From Klebsiella phage vB_KvM-Eowyn, in sequence record LR881104.1: 40,000 bases of DNA, one strand, 5' to 3'. The translations under genes were made by a program, and so were the position numbers. Positions 1 to 7,615 of the stretch are shown here, one piece after another; position 1 is the first letter of the stretch; each line of letters begins with the position of its first letter. The notes beneath the pieces were generated by a model that searched no databases, was not told the origin of the DNA, and was given only the letters and a program-made list of their open reading frames with translations.

Positions 1-264
1 TCGAGCGCCACATTCGAATATAAAGAGGCATTATGCCTAGTCAACATACCGACTACCCATAAACCGCGAGCTGTGGAAGACGGTATTAAAATTACCGTAC
101 AAACAAACATGCGGGTGTTAGACGACACCATGTATGAACCACGTCTTGAGGAAATTATCTCGGCGATAAGTAACATGGCCTGCGATTATACCTGCGTGAT
201 TAACAAATTGCCTACCGTCGTAGGTGGTACGTATCGTTTCGAATGCATATTTAAGAAAAACTAA
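1..264 (+). CDS. Hypothetical protein, 5'-truncated by the window edge
   Basis: The frame is open from base 1 (SSATFEYKEALCLVNIPTTHKPRAVEDGIKITV...) to TAA at 262-264, so the provided 73..264 ORF is probably only the C-terminal part. Confidence 0.6.
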   Translation, partial: SSATFEYKEALCLVNIPTTHKPRAVEDGIKITVQTNMRVLDDTMYEPRLEEIISAISNMACDYTCVINKLPTVVGGTYRFECIFKKN

Positions 265-270
265 CTAGTT

Positions 271-723
271 ATGAGGATTAAAGAAATGACACTGCAAGAT
301 AAAATGAACAAACTGTTTGCTGCCGGTTTTACTGTCACCACTGATGGGAAGAAAACAACGTTTACCAAAACGGTGGAAGGTGACTTAAATGATGCGATCG
401 ACAATCTTCTGAATATGGGTTTCGTACAAACGAATTCTCCAATCCATGAGGTGCTTTGGGATAATTATTGTTCAGCATTAGTACCTTGCATAAAACAGTT
501 GTTTGGTAGCAAACACGAGACAGCGCCAACGTTCGAGTTTACTTGTAAGTTTGGGTGTTACGAGGTCCTCCGTAGAGGTGATTTGGTTTACCTAATAAAT
601 AAATTTCCTACTGCTTACGACAGTGAAAAGCAATTTGCCGAGGAACTACACAGAGTGTTACCGTCAGAGTACTATATTGCTGATATTATCAATAACACCC
701 TCCGTATTGCACAGGCGGCATAA
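271..723 (+). CDS. Hypothetical protein, member of a local tandem paralog set
   Basis: 150-aa ORF. The N-terminus DKMNKLFAAGFTVTTDGKKTTF resembles the next two ORFs. Confidence 0.75.
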   Translation: MRIKEMTLQDKMNKLFAAGFTVTTDGKKTTFTKTVEGDLNDAIDNLLNMGFVQTNSPIHEVLWDNYCSALVPCIKQLFGSKHETAPTFEFTCKFGCYEVLRRGDLVYLINKFPTAYDSEKQFAEELHRVLPSEYYIADIINNTLRIAQAA

Positions 724-725
724 AA

Positions 726-754
726 GGGAGGGGCTAACCACCCCTCCCGGTTTT
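726..754 (+). terminator. GC-rich hairpin terminator candidate
   Basis: GGGAGGGG (726-733) pairs with CCCCTCCC (741-748), followed by ggTTTT, directly after a stop codon. Confidence 0.7.
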
Positions 755-869
755 ACGCACGTTTCGCATCCCGACACATTAGTCGGCACCGCAGTTCCAG
801 TTTCACGACAACCACGTACATTACGCCAGAACAACAGCAATTTCGGTGAAAGCTAGGTTCGGCCAACTC

Positions 870-906
870 ACACCTCAGCATACTACTGCTGATTAGTGTA
901 TTTTTT
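870..906 (+). terminator. Hairpin followed by a T-tract in the intergenic leader
   Basis: ACACcTCAGCA-TACTAC-TGCTGAttaGTGT followed by aTTTTTT. It could be a terminator or attenuator before the 940 ORF. Confidence 0.5.
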
Positions 907-939
907 AACAGATAATCTCAACAATAGAGAGACATCAAG

Positions 940-1434
940 ATGAGTAATTCATTATTCAATCAACTGTTAGCCAAAGGCTATCGCATTACTTTCACGGAAT
1001 CCCAGGTTATGTACTCCGCCCCGGACAGTGAGGTTAAAACAATTCAATATACCGGTGATTTTGATTCGGCGCTAGAAGCTATTAGCAATAATAAATCAAT
1101 CACGCCCGATGACGACACAATCACCAACCTGTGCGCGCGGATAGTAAATAATTTTCAAAATCCGTGGGAAGGGGTATTAATACTCACTTTGCCGTATGAT
1201 GGTGGGTTGATAAAAATAGGTCCGGCTCAGGCACTTGGTCAAAACAAAGACATGCTACTTAGCTTTGAAGGGATTAAAGACGTCGAGGGGACTTGCACAA
1301 AAATTGCTCAGTTGTTACAGCCGTACGGATTGCACGGATCTTGGGTTATGTTCGCTAAGTACCCGACCATGATGATAACCCCAGGGTGGAGCACTCAAAC
1401 CGCGTCCTCAGGACCAATGCCATTTGGTGCGTGA
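940..1434 (+). CDS. Hypothetical protein, tandem paralog
   Basis: 164-aa ORF. The N-terminus SLFNQLLAKGYRITFTESQV resembles the neighbouring ORFs. Confidence 0.75.
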   Translation: MSNSLFNQLLAKGYRITFTESQVMYSAPDSEVKTIQYTGDFDSALEAISNNKSITPDDDTITNLCARIVNNFQNPWEGVLILTLPYDGGLIKIGPAQALGQNKDMLLSFEGIKDVEGTCTKIAQLLQPYGLHGSWVMFAKYPTMMITPGWSTQTASSGPMPFGA

Positions 1435-1453
1435 ATTTAAAGGGAATAAAATA

Positions 1454-2254
1454 ATGACTACTGAAATCTTCAACAAACTTATCGCCGCTGGTTTTGATGT
1501 TCAAACACAAAACCAGGGCACTACCGTGACGGTAAGCTATACTCAGGTGGGTCCATCCTTCGATTCCAACCTAAAAGACATAGAAGAAAAATTCAAGTTG
1601 ATCACCACTGGTGATAACCCCGTCGATTGGAACGCAGATGATTTTTATTCGGGTGTAACTTCAGTAATTAAAGAGATGCACGCCAACCCCGACTTAGCAA
1701 AGATTGTTCATGACCAAGCCCATGAAGGGGCTATTGCTAGTGATTGCGGTAATGTAGTCACATTAATTCGTGCTGGCGTAGCCGCCAACTACGCCTTCCC
1801 CATCGGTCCCTGGCATTGGTATATATCCGGTGGAGATAACAGTTATCGATTGACCATAAACCCCGACTGCGCAATCTCAATTGAAGCAATGCGGGAGGTG
1901 TGTGGCTTTATTGAAGCCCAATTAGGTAGCGAATGGGTAGTTGTTTTGGTCAACCGCACACGTGGCATCGAAATTGTCAAACCCGACTATAGCGTTACGT
2001 ACTTCACTAATCTAATCAATGCATCGCGTCAGGATGAAACGTTGAGGTTTACTTTGTTTGGGATGGGGTGGAGATTACATCAAGAAGCTGGGGCATATAT
2101 GTTCCAGCCTACGCAATCCTTCGCGTTGGAACTAGGGGTATTGGAGGCAGGGTACGCCGCCATACTGCGCGAATTAGGACCAGGTGGGCAATACCAGATT
2201 AATCTCGTTGATGGTCCGAGTATTGCCGTAGTCAAAAAAGAGGGTATTAAATGA
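1454..2254 (+). CDS. Hypothetical protein, tandem paralog with C-terminal extension
   Basis: ATG at 1454 is preceded by an AAGGGA-like RBS (the track start at 1424 looks too early). N-terminus MTTEIFNKLIAAGFDVQT. Confidence 0.75.
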   Translation: MTTEIFNKLIAAGFDVQTQNQGTTVTVSYTQVGPSFDSNLKDIEEKFKLITTGDNPVDWNADDFYSGVTSVIKEMHANPDLAKIVHDQAHEGAIASDCGNVVTLIRAGVAANYAFPIGPWHWYISGGDNSYRLTINPDCAISIEAMREVCGFIEAQLGSEWVVVLVNRTRGIEIVKPDYSVTYFTNLINASRQDETLRFTLFGMGWRLHQEAGAYMFQPTQSFALELGVLEAGYAAILRELGPGGQYQINLVDGPSIAVVKKEGIK

Positions 2255-2526
2255 AATCGATTAAAGTTACTCGTGGTGAATATCACAACGAAGGTAAGAA
2301 TGCTGCGGCCATCGCTGAAATGTTTGGTGTATCGCCGGAACGTTTTGACGCGTTCTGTCGTCGCGGGCATTTCATTAAACCCTTCGGCATGCTGCCAGAT
2401 ACAGACATCCCGGGTTGGCGTACCCTGGATGTGCTGAAATGGTCAGCCAATCAGGCCGGCGTTACACTGGGAACTGCAATCAAAAAATATGAGGCAGGTA
2501 AACTGCGTCAGCTCATCACTCTTTAA
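2251..2526 (+). CDS. Small putative winged-HTH (AlpA/MerR-like) DNA-binding protein
   Basis: AAAIAEMFGVSPERFDAFCRRGHFIKPFGMLPDTDIPGWRTLDVLKWSANQAG fits a helix-turn-helix followed by W...DVLKW. The start overlaps the previous stop (ATGA-type). Confidence 0.5.
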   Translation: MKSIKVTRGEYHNEGKNAAAIAEMFGVSPERFDAFCRRGHFIKPFGMLPDTDIPGWRTLDVLKWSANQAGVTLGTAIKKYEAGKLRQLITL

Positions 2527-2541
2527 CTGAAAAGGTAAACT

Positions 2542-2718
2542 ATGGAATCTTTGGATAAAATCACCATCAAGCAGTTAGCGACCCATCTGGGCATCAGTGT
2601 TTCCACCGTGCGTAATCGCCTGTCGAAGGGAAAACTCCCTAACCCAACCGAACGCCGCGGTGATCAGTTGTTCTGGAGCAAATATGATTTACTGGGTTGG
2701 GGGATTGACATCCAATGA
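2542..2718 (+). CDS. Very small putative winged-HTH (AlpA/excisionase-like) protein
   Basis: 58-aa ORF absent from the track: MESLDKITIKQLATHLGISVSTVRNRLSKGKLPNPTERRGDQLFWSKYDLLGWGIDIQ. AAAGG lies upstream and the stop overlaps the 2715 start. Confidence 0.6.
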   Translation: MESLDKITIKQLATHLGISVSTVRNRLSKGKLPNPTERRGDQLFWSKYDLLGWGIDIQ

Positions 2719-3146
2719 CGCTTTTAATTAGGCAGGGTGCTGGTACCGATGTTGTATTAAGTTACAATACACCGGACCGGATGTTTCAAGCGGTCATGGA
2801 AGAATCTGATGTCGGTGATGTGGTTTTCAAAATCGATAATCGGCTGCGGTGCTATAATTACCCGGCGACTGTGTCTTTCGGTGAAAAGGCACTCATTGAA
2901 CAAGCTTTGGATGAGTATGTTCATTATGATGGATTGGATGTACCGCAGTTCATCTGTCATTCTCTCGATGCCGGTGGGATTAAACTTGAACGGTTCCCTT
3001 CGAGTCTTTTAACCGCGTATTGGTCAGTATTTGACGTGAACCTGGTGGTAATCGTCGATTATGGTCACTATGATGCATTGGAAGGTATCGTCGAATCGTC
3101 TCTGGTTTCTCGATTAAACACCCTACTTAAACCGCGTTTCATTTAA
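2715..3146 (+). CDS. Hypothetical protein
   Basis: 143-aa ORF, translationally coupled (ATGA) to the preceding small HTH ORF. Confidence 0.7.
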   Translation: MTLLIRQGAGTDVVLSYNTPDRMFQAVMEESDVGDVVFKIDNRLRCYNYPATVSFGEKALIEQALDEYVHYDGLDVPQFICHSLDAGGIKLERFPSSLLTAYWSVFDVNLVVIVDYGHYDALEGIVESSLVSRLNTLLKPRFI

Positions 3147-3152
3147 AATAAC

Positions 3153-3181
3153 GGGTGGGTATGTACCCACCCTCTTATGCC
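3153..3181 (+). terminator. Hairpin followed by TTATGCC
   Basis: GGGTGGGTA (3153-3161) pairs with TACCCACCC (3164-3172), then TC-TTATGCC (3175-3181). Confidence 0.6.
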
Positions 3182-3200
3182 ATCAAAAGGAAATCTTACT

Positions 3201-3647
3201 ATGCACGTGAAACTTGTTGAAAAACCAGTAAGCGTTAAGAAAGCCTATTACGCCCTCATGGTCCGTAGCGCCAATAACCGTATTGCTAAACAACAATACG
3301 TGATTGTGCAAATTACCGATATTCCAGCAAATGCCAATTTGGCATCAGTTTATCTTGAGTTTAACCGTCATCCGGATAAACCAAAAGGTTATACCACAGA
3401 TGCGACTAAATTCGGTCTGGCAACAGTCGTCCCAGTTGCTGAACATCAATGCGCTGCACTGTATATTGGGATGACCGAAGTGGCACGAATTTATGACCAC
3501 CCAACTATCGGCTCAACCGCTGTGGACTTGGCAATAAAAACGTTATATATAACCCCAGCACCCAACATGGCGTTGAGACCAAATGCTATCGAACAGTTAG
3601 CTGCGTTGGGTACCTTGGTTGCTCCAGGTGCCGTGTGGCGTTTTTAA
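3201..3647 (+). CDS. Hypothetical protein
   Basis: 148-aa ORF from ATG at 3201 with upstream AAAGGAAA. The track start at 3177 falls within the hairpin's 3' flank. Confidence 0.7.
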   Translation: MHVKLVEKPVSVKKAYYALMVRSANNRIAKQQYVIVQITDIPANANLASVYLEFNRHPDKPKGYTTDATKFGLATVVPVAEHQCAALYIGMTEVARIYDHPTIGSTAVDLAIKTLYITPAPNMALRPNAIEQLAALGTLVAPGAVWRF

Positions 3648-3673
3648 TATCTTACCTTACTGAGGACAGTACC

Positions 3674-3796
3674 ATGAATAAAGTTCAGAATATGTTTTTT
3701 TGGAATTTCGTAGCCTGGATTGTTTTGATTATTCTGGTGGTTGCGGGGTATAAAGTCTATCCCTACGTAGTTGCTGGATTAAAATACTTGTTCTAA
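3674..3796 (+). CDS. Small single-pass membrane protein
   Basis: 40-aa ORF absent from the track: MNKVQNMFFWNFVAWIVLIILVVAGYKVYPYVVAGLKYLF. TGAGGAC lies upstream. Confidence 0.5.
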   Translation: MNKVQNMFFWNFVAWIVLIILVVAGYKVYPYVVAGLKYLF

Positions 3797-3813
3797 TAAT
3801 ACGAGATCCGTAA

Positions 3814-3837
3814 GGGGGTGGGCTAATGCCCACCCCC
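3814..3837 (+). terminator. Strong GC hairpin after the small membrane ORF
   Basis: GGGGGTGGGC-TAAT-GCCCACCCCC, a perfect 10-bp stem with no immediate T-tract. Confidence 0.55.
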
Positions 3838-3876
3838 TCGACCAGCGCTTTAATTTTTTATTTTTTGGAGCCTAAC

Positions 3877-4392
3877 ATGCACCAATTCGTATTAGTGGGC
3901 GGGCAATGGGTGCCAGTCAGATCGGACGCCATGCAGGCCATGAATAACGCTTGCTCGACTACTGGGCAAATACTTAGAACCAGTACGTCAGCAACTCCCG
4001 TTAAATTTTCTGGTGGGTTTATCGTAAATGGATTAAGTGTGGTAATCAATGCCACTGAGTTGTCTGCACAACAAACTGTTAACGCTGCCTCTGATTTAAT
4101 TACACCGATTATTTATATCCCAACAAACAGCATTTATAAATATAACACAACGACTTCAACCTGGGCGGTTGATGGCAGTGATTCCATCTCTAATTACCTT
4201 TCTCCAGGATTGCATTATTACAATAATACAACGGGAAGGCTCTTTTTTGCTTTAGACAATACTAATCTGGTTTATATTGGTAATCGGGGGGTAGTAGCCG
4301 CAACCGATTCTGAAGCCATAGCGGGTACTCGAACTGATGTTGCTATCACTTCCACCCAAGCAAAATTGGCCTGGACTACCTGGGGGGTATAA
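3877..4392 (+). CDS. Putative fibre-like or virion-associated protein, tandem copy 1
   Basis: ATG at 3877 with GGAG upstream. The C-terminus AATDSEAIAGTRTDVAITSTQAKLAW resembles the ATxxEAxAGTDTxxAVTPxxL element of phage tail fibres. Confidence 0.5.
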   Translation: MHQFVLVGGQWVPVRSDAMQAMNNACSTTGQILRTSTSATPVKFSGGFIVNGLSVVINATELSAQQTVNAASDLITPIIYIPTNSIYKYNTTTSTWAVDGSDSISNYLSPGLHYYNNTTGRLFFALDNTNLVYIGNRGVVAATDSEAIAGTRTDVAITSTQAKLAWTTWGV

Positions 4393-4397
4393 TACTC

Positions 4398-4901
4398 ATG
4401 CCGGTTTATAAATCTATTAAATATGGATCTTCGTTTATTTCGGTCAGCTCAGATACGCTGGCGCCATTAAACGCCTTATACGCCACCAGAACCTACGGGT
4501 TGTTGTTTAAAGATGATAGCCTGTCTTTTTTACAATACACCCCAGAACGTCTGTATAACTCAGCACCGTACGTAATCGATACGTCAGCTGAACTGAGCGC
4601 GGTTCAAGCAGCAGCAACCACCGGATACATCGTCAACATGAACACTGCTGAAGTATACACTTATAGTGGTGGTGCGTGGGTATTATCCACCGATAATACG
4701 TTATACTTGACTTTGATTAAACCTGGACGCCTGTACCGCAACACCGTGACCAAATTTACGTTCTACGCTGATGCAAACCAAACTTTATTCAAGATGTTGG
4801 GCGTAGACCGGGGTATGGCGACTCAAACAGACGTAACCAATGGCACGGGTACTCAATGGGTATCACCACTTACGTTGGCCAATGCACATGGGAGTTGGTA
4901 A
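4398..4901 (+). CDS. Putative fibre-like or virion-associated protein, tandem copy 2
   Basis: 167 aa with the shared layout ...YTYSGGAWV...LIKPGRLYRNTVTKFTFYA...GMATQTDVTNGTGTQWVSPLTLANAHG. Confidence 0.5.
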   Translation: MPVYKSIKYGSSFISVSSDTLAPLNALYATRTYGLLFKDDSLSFLQYTPERLYNSAPYVIDTSAELSAVQAAATTGYIVNMNTAEVYTYSGGAWVLSTDNTLYLTLIKPGRLYRNTVTKFTFYADANQTLFKMLGVDRGMATQTDVTNGTGTQWVSPLTLANAHGSW

Positions 4902-4904
4902 GTC

Positions 4905-5390
4905 ATGGCGGAAATTAATGAGTTTGTTAAATACGGCAGTGGTCGTCAGCAAGTTATCTCTCCGGATACGGCTGGTCTGAACGCTATTGCCACAACCAAT
5001 AACGCTGCCGTTATAACCGGTACTAGTAGCGGTAACCCCATAACGCTAACGGACATCGCTGACGATTTACTTATCGTCCCGGCGACTGGGGTTGCATCGG
5101 CGCAGGCTGGGAATGAAGATTTTGTCGACGCAGACAATCTTTTATTGTACGTTTATGCTAGTTCCGGTTGGAGTACGGTAGCATTGCCTACCGCATCTAT
5201 TCGCCCAGGAAAACATTTTTACAGCACCACTTCTAAAAATATTTATTATTACGACCCGGCAACCTCCGGCCTGATATTGATTGCCTCCATGGCCCCAGAG
5301 TTTGCAACAATTACGGATATCACTGCAGGTACTGCGGGTAATTTACTTATTTCTCCATATCTGCTGCGTTATGCGTACGACCATCGTTAA
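4905..5390 (+). CDS. Putative fibre-like or virion-associated protein, tandem copy 3
   Basis: 161 aa with the shared layout LYVYASSGWS...SIRPGKHFYSTTSKNIYYYD...ATITDITAGTAGNLLISPYLLRYA. Confidence 0.5.
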   Translation: MAEINEFVKYGSGRQQVISPDTAGLNAIATTNNAAVITGTSSGNPITLTDIADDLLIVPATGVASAQAGNEDFVDADNLLLYVYASSGWSTVALPTASIRPGKHFYSTTSKNIYYYDPATSGLILIASMAPEFATITDITAGTAGNLLISPYLLRYAYDHR

Positions 5391-5410
5391 TCCCGTGTAG
5401 GAGTTATCCC

Positions 5411-6019
5411 ATGACTGACATCAGTAACCAATACAAACCTATGGGCGTGACTGTAATCAATCCACACACCGAGTATCGTTATTATGAGGTGGGTGGGTAT
5501 CCACTAATGTTGGTTATGCGTGACGGGATTGCCGTAGGGCAATTAGAATTTGATGTACTTCCCCCATTCGGGGAATATACGCGGGTGGTATTAGACCCTA
5601 GCGGTGAAGGGAACTTCACAATCATGTTTATGTCGTGGATGCATCTTGATGAAGGTGCCCTGGATGAAGATGAGCTATGTGACGCTGAATTGCACTTCAT
5701 GGATTTGCTGGGGTACCCTGAAGATGCACCAACACATGCTGGATATTTAGAATGGGCATTCAACTCACCCAGTGAAGCCATCATCTACGTCATTGAAAAC
5801 CCTGATGACCCGGAATGTGTAGGCTCACTCATTATGAAGTATGAAGTTCAAAATACGGATACCCACATGTTCTATCAACCCGCTAAGAAGTGGATACCTT
5901 CATTCCTGATGGAAGTTAGGGCAACTAACACACTACGTGGGTGGTGTACTAATACTGCCAGTCAAATTCAAGATTTGGCCGTAATGCATTTTCCGGGTAG
6001 TGGGGAAACCATTCACTAA
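5411..6019 (+). CDS. Hypothetical protein
   Basis: 202-aa ORF in the same transcription direction as its neighbours. Confidence 0.7.
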   Translation: MTDISNQYKPMGVTVINPHTEYRYYEVGGYPLMLVMRDGIAVGQLEFDVLPPFGEYTRVVLDPSGEGNFTIMFMSWMHLDEGALDEDELCDAELHFMDLLGYPEDAPTHAGYLEWAFNSPSEAIIYVIENPDDPECVGSLIMKYEVQNTDTHMFYQPAKKWIPSFLMEVRATNTLRGWCTNTASQIQDLAVMHFPGSGETIH

Positions 6020-6123
6020 ATCAGGCAGGCCGCGGGATATAACTGTGTGTAACGGATCTAAATGGGTAAACCTATAACGTGATTGTTTCTATGAAAAATG
6101 CGTTATGTCTTTTCTCAATTCTG

Positions 6124-6146
6124 AGGAGGGCTCTTGCCCTCCTTTT
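6124..6146 (+). terminator. Intrinsic terminator
   Basis: AGGAGGGC (6124-6131), TCTT, GCCCTCCT (6136-6143), then TTT. Confidence 0.75.
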
Positions 6147-6359
6147 AATTTGTCTTCCTTAAGTCATAAAAAAATACTTCGCTTATATATAGAGTGAGCT
6201 GCTATGCAAGCGAACGATAAAGACCCTTAGAAATAAGGCCGTTATCCGAAAACACCCATAGGGTTTTCGGGGGAAAGGGGGTTTCGTAGATTGGAAGGGG
6301 AGAAGGATTGTCAAGGAAGAGGGGAAACTTTAAAAAAATAGCCTGAGAGGTAGAAGGTC

Positions 6360-6626
6360 ATGTATCTTGAATTAATCGCATCCGAAGACAAATGGGGGTA
6401 TCTCAAAGGGTTATTCCCAGCCGCGGTATTATCACCAGACCAACGAGCGATGCTCTATACTGATTCCAAAAGGTTCATTTTCGATATAAGTCACGGTTAT
6501 GTCGAAAACGCTTATCTATGCATACCCGACGCGGAACTAAGTAGTGTTATCGAAAAAATCCCCGAAGTTAAAAAAACAATAATGGGTGTGGATGATTTAT
6601 GCGTTATTAACGTTATTACTAGTTGA
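6360..6626 (+). CDS. Hypothetical protein
   Basis: 88-aa ORF following a 340-nt non-coding leader. Confidence 0.6.
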   Translation: MYLELIASEDKWGYLKGLFPAAVLSPDQRAMLYTDSKRFIFDISHGYVENAYLCIPDAELSSVIEKIPEVKKTIMGVDDLCVINVITS

Positions 6627-6634
6627 TGTTTTAT

Positions 6635-6678
6635 CGCATAAAAAAGAGGGAGGCCCCAAAGCCTCCCTCGATATGCCG
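6635..6678. terminator. Bidirectional hairpin at a convergent junction, flanked by CGCATA and TATGCCG
   Basis: GAGGGAGGC (6646-6654) pairs with GCCTCCCTC (6661-6669). CGCATA is at 6635-6640 and TATGCCG at 6672-6678. Confidence 0.7.
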
Positions 6679-6679
6679 G

Positions 6680-7522
6680 CTATCGTTGAGTGCCCAGAAA
6701 ATTGCGGATATGTTTGACGTGAGCAGATTGAGATTGCATCATGGCAACTTTGTACCAGGTATTTTTGAGGAAGTCTTTGTAATTCTGGTTAGCGTCACTA
6801 TAACCCTCAATGACACTTTTAAAAATACCAAAATCAAAACCGCCGACGATTTCACCCTCATTCAGTTTGACGATAAGGTGTTTGTAGATATACGCTTTAG
6901 CCGCATATTCAACTAATTGGGCGAATTCACCGTATACCGCGGGCCGAAGAGTGGATAGTTCGTCATCATAAGTCAGCCAGCACGATAACCAACACCGATC
7001 GGGAATACGTACTTGGTCTTCAACCAATACCGTGTTGACGTTTACTAGAGATACGCGCGCAGAACCCACGATGGGCATGTTGGCGTAGGCGTTCCATAGT
7101 GCGGCTCCGGTAACCAATACCCCAGCATTGCCGGAACCCTTTTGTTGCATCTGGTCAAACCACGGGTTGTAGTTAGAATACGCAATGGAATAACCATATC
7201 CGTAAGACACCCATTCTGGAGAGATGATTTGACGGCCTTGGAGGTATTCTGACGGGATGATGTATAAACTGCTACGTTCGTCAGGGATCTCTCTTGGAAT
7301 CGATGTGAGATTGATTAATGCCCGCTCAGAGTACTTTAAGTTAATATCTCGCATGACCCTCGAACGAATCACTTTATTTTCGATAAAATGATCGATGTCT
7401 GGGACTACGTGGGAAAACAACCGAACGTTATCCAGGAAAGCACGCTCCAGGATTTCCTCGGGGATGTCTGAATTATGTAAGCTATTTAAGGCGTAGCTGA
7501 TCGCCGACGAAGTGGCTGGCAT
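6680..7522 (-). CDS. Hypothetical protein
   Basis: 280-aa minus-strand ORF bounded by a convergent terminator and a divergent intergenic region. Confidence 0.8.
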   Translation of the reverse strand: MPATSSAISYALNSLHNSDIPEEILERAFLDNVRLFSHVVPDIDHFIENKVIRSRVMRDINLKYSERALINLTSIPREIPDERSSLYIIPSEYLQGRQIISPEWVSYGYGYSIAYSNYNPWFDQMQQKGSGNAGVLVTGAALWNAYANMPIVGSARVSLVNVNTVLVEDQVRIPDRCWLSCWLTYDDELSTLRPAVYGEFAQLVEYAAKAYIYKHLIVKLNEGEIVGGFDFGIFKSVIEGYSDANQNYKDFLKNTWYKVAMMQSQSAHVKHIRNFLGTQR

Positions 7523-7553
7523 AGAAGCCTCCTGGCGTTGGTAAAAAAATTAC

Positions 7554-7584
7554 GTGGTAAAGTGACAGTATGTCGTTGTACCAC
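7554..7584. promoter_or_regulatory. Two-part symmetric inverted repeat in the 93-bp region between the divergent 6680-7522 gene and phuZ
   Basis: GTGGTA-aagt-GACA-gta-TGTC-gttg-TACCAC, with symmetric 4-nt internal loops. Confidence 0.45.
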
Positions 7585-7615
7585 ATTTTAACTAGACTAT
7601 TAGGGACCACTACAA

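Noticed and set aside
2251-2718. Excisionase/integration module suggested by AlpA-like HTH proteins
   Set aside because: No integrase, att-like repeats or repressor was visible, and the gene context is lytic jumbo phage. A general DNA-binding role is more conservative.
2757-3012. Short overlapping ORFs on both strands in the 2715..3146 gene
   Set aside because: They are nested within a better supported CDS and no RBS was seen.
3153-3837. Regular GC hairpins (3153, 3814) considered as CRISPR-like repeats
   Set aside because: They are isolated palindromes at gene ends, with no regular spacers and non-identical sequences.
6623-6916. 97-aa plus-strand ORF
   Set aside because: It runs through the convergent terminator hairpin into the antisense of the 280-aa minus gene, and its start overlaps the end of the 6360 gene.
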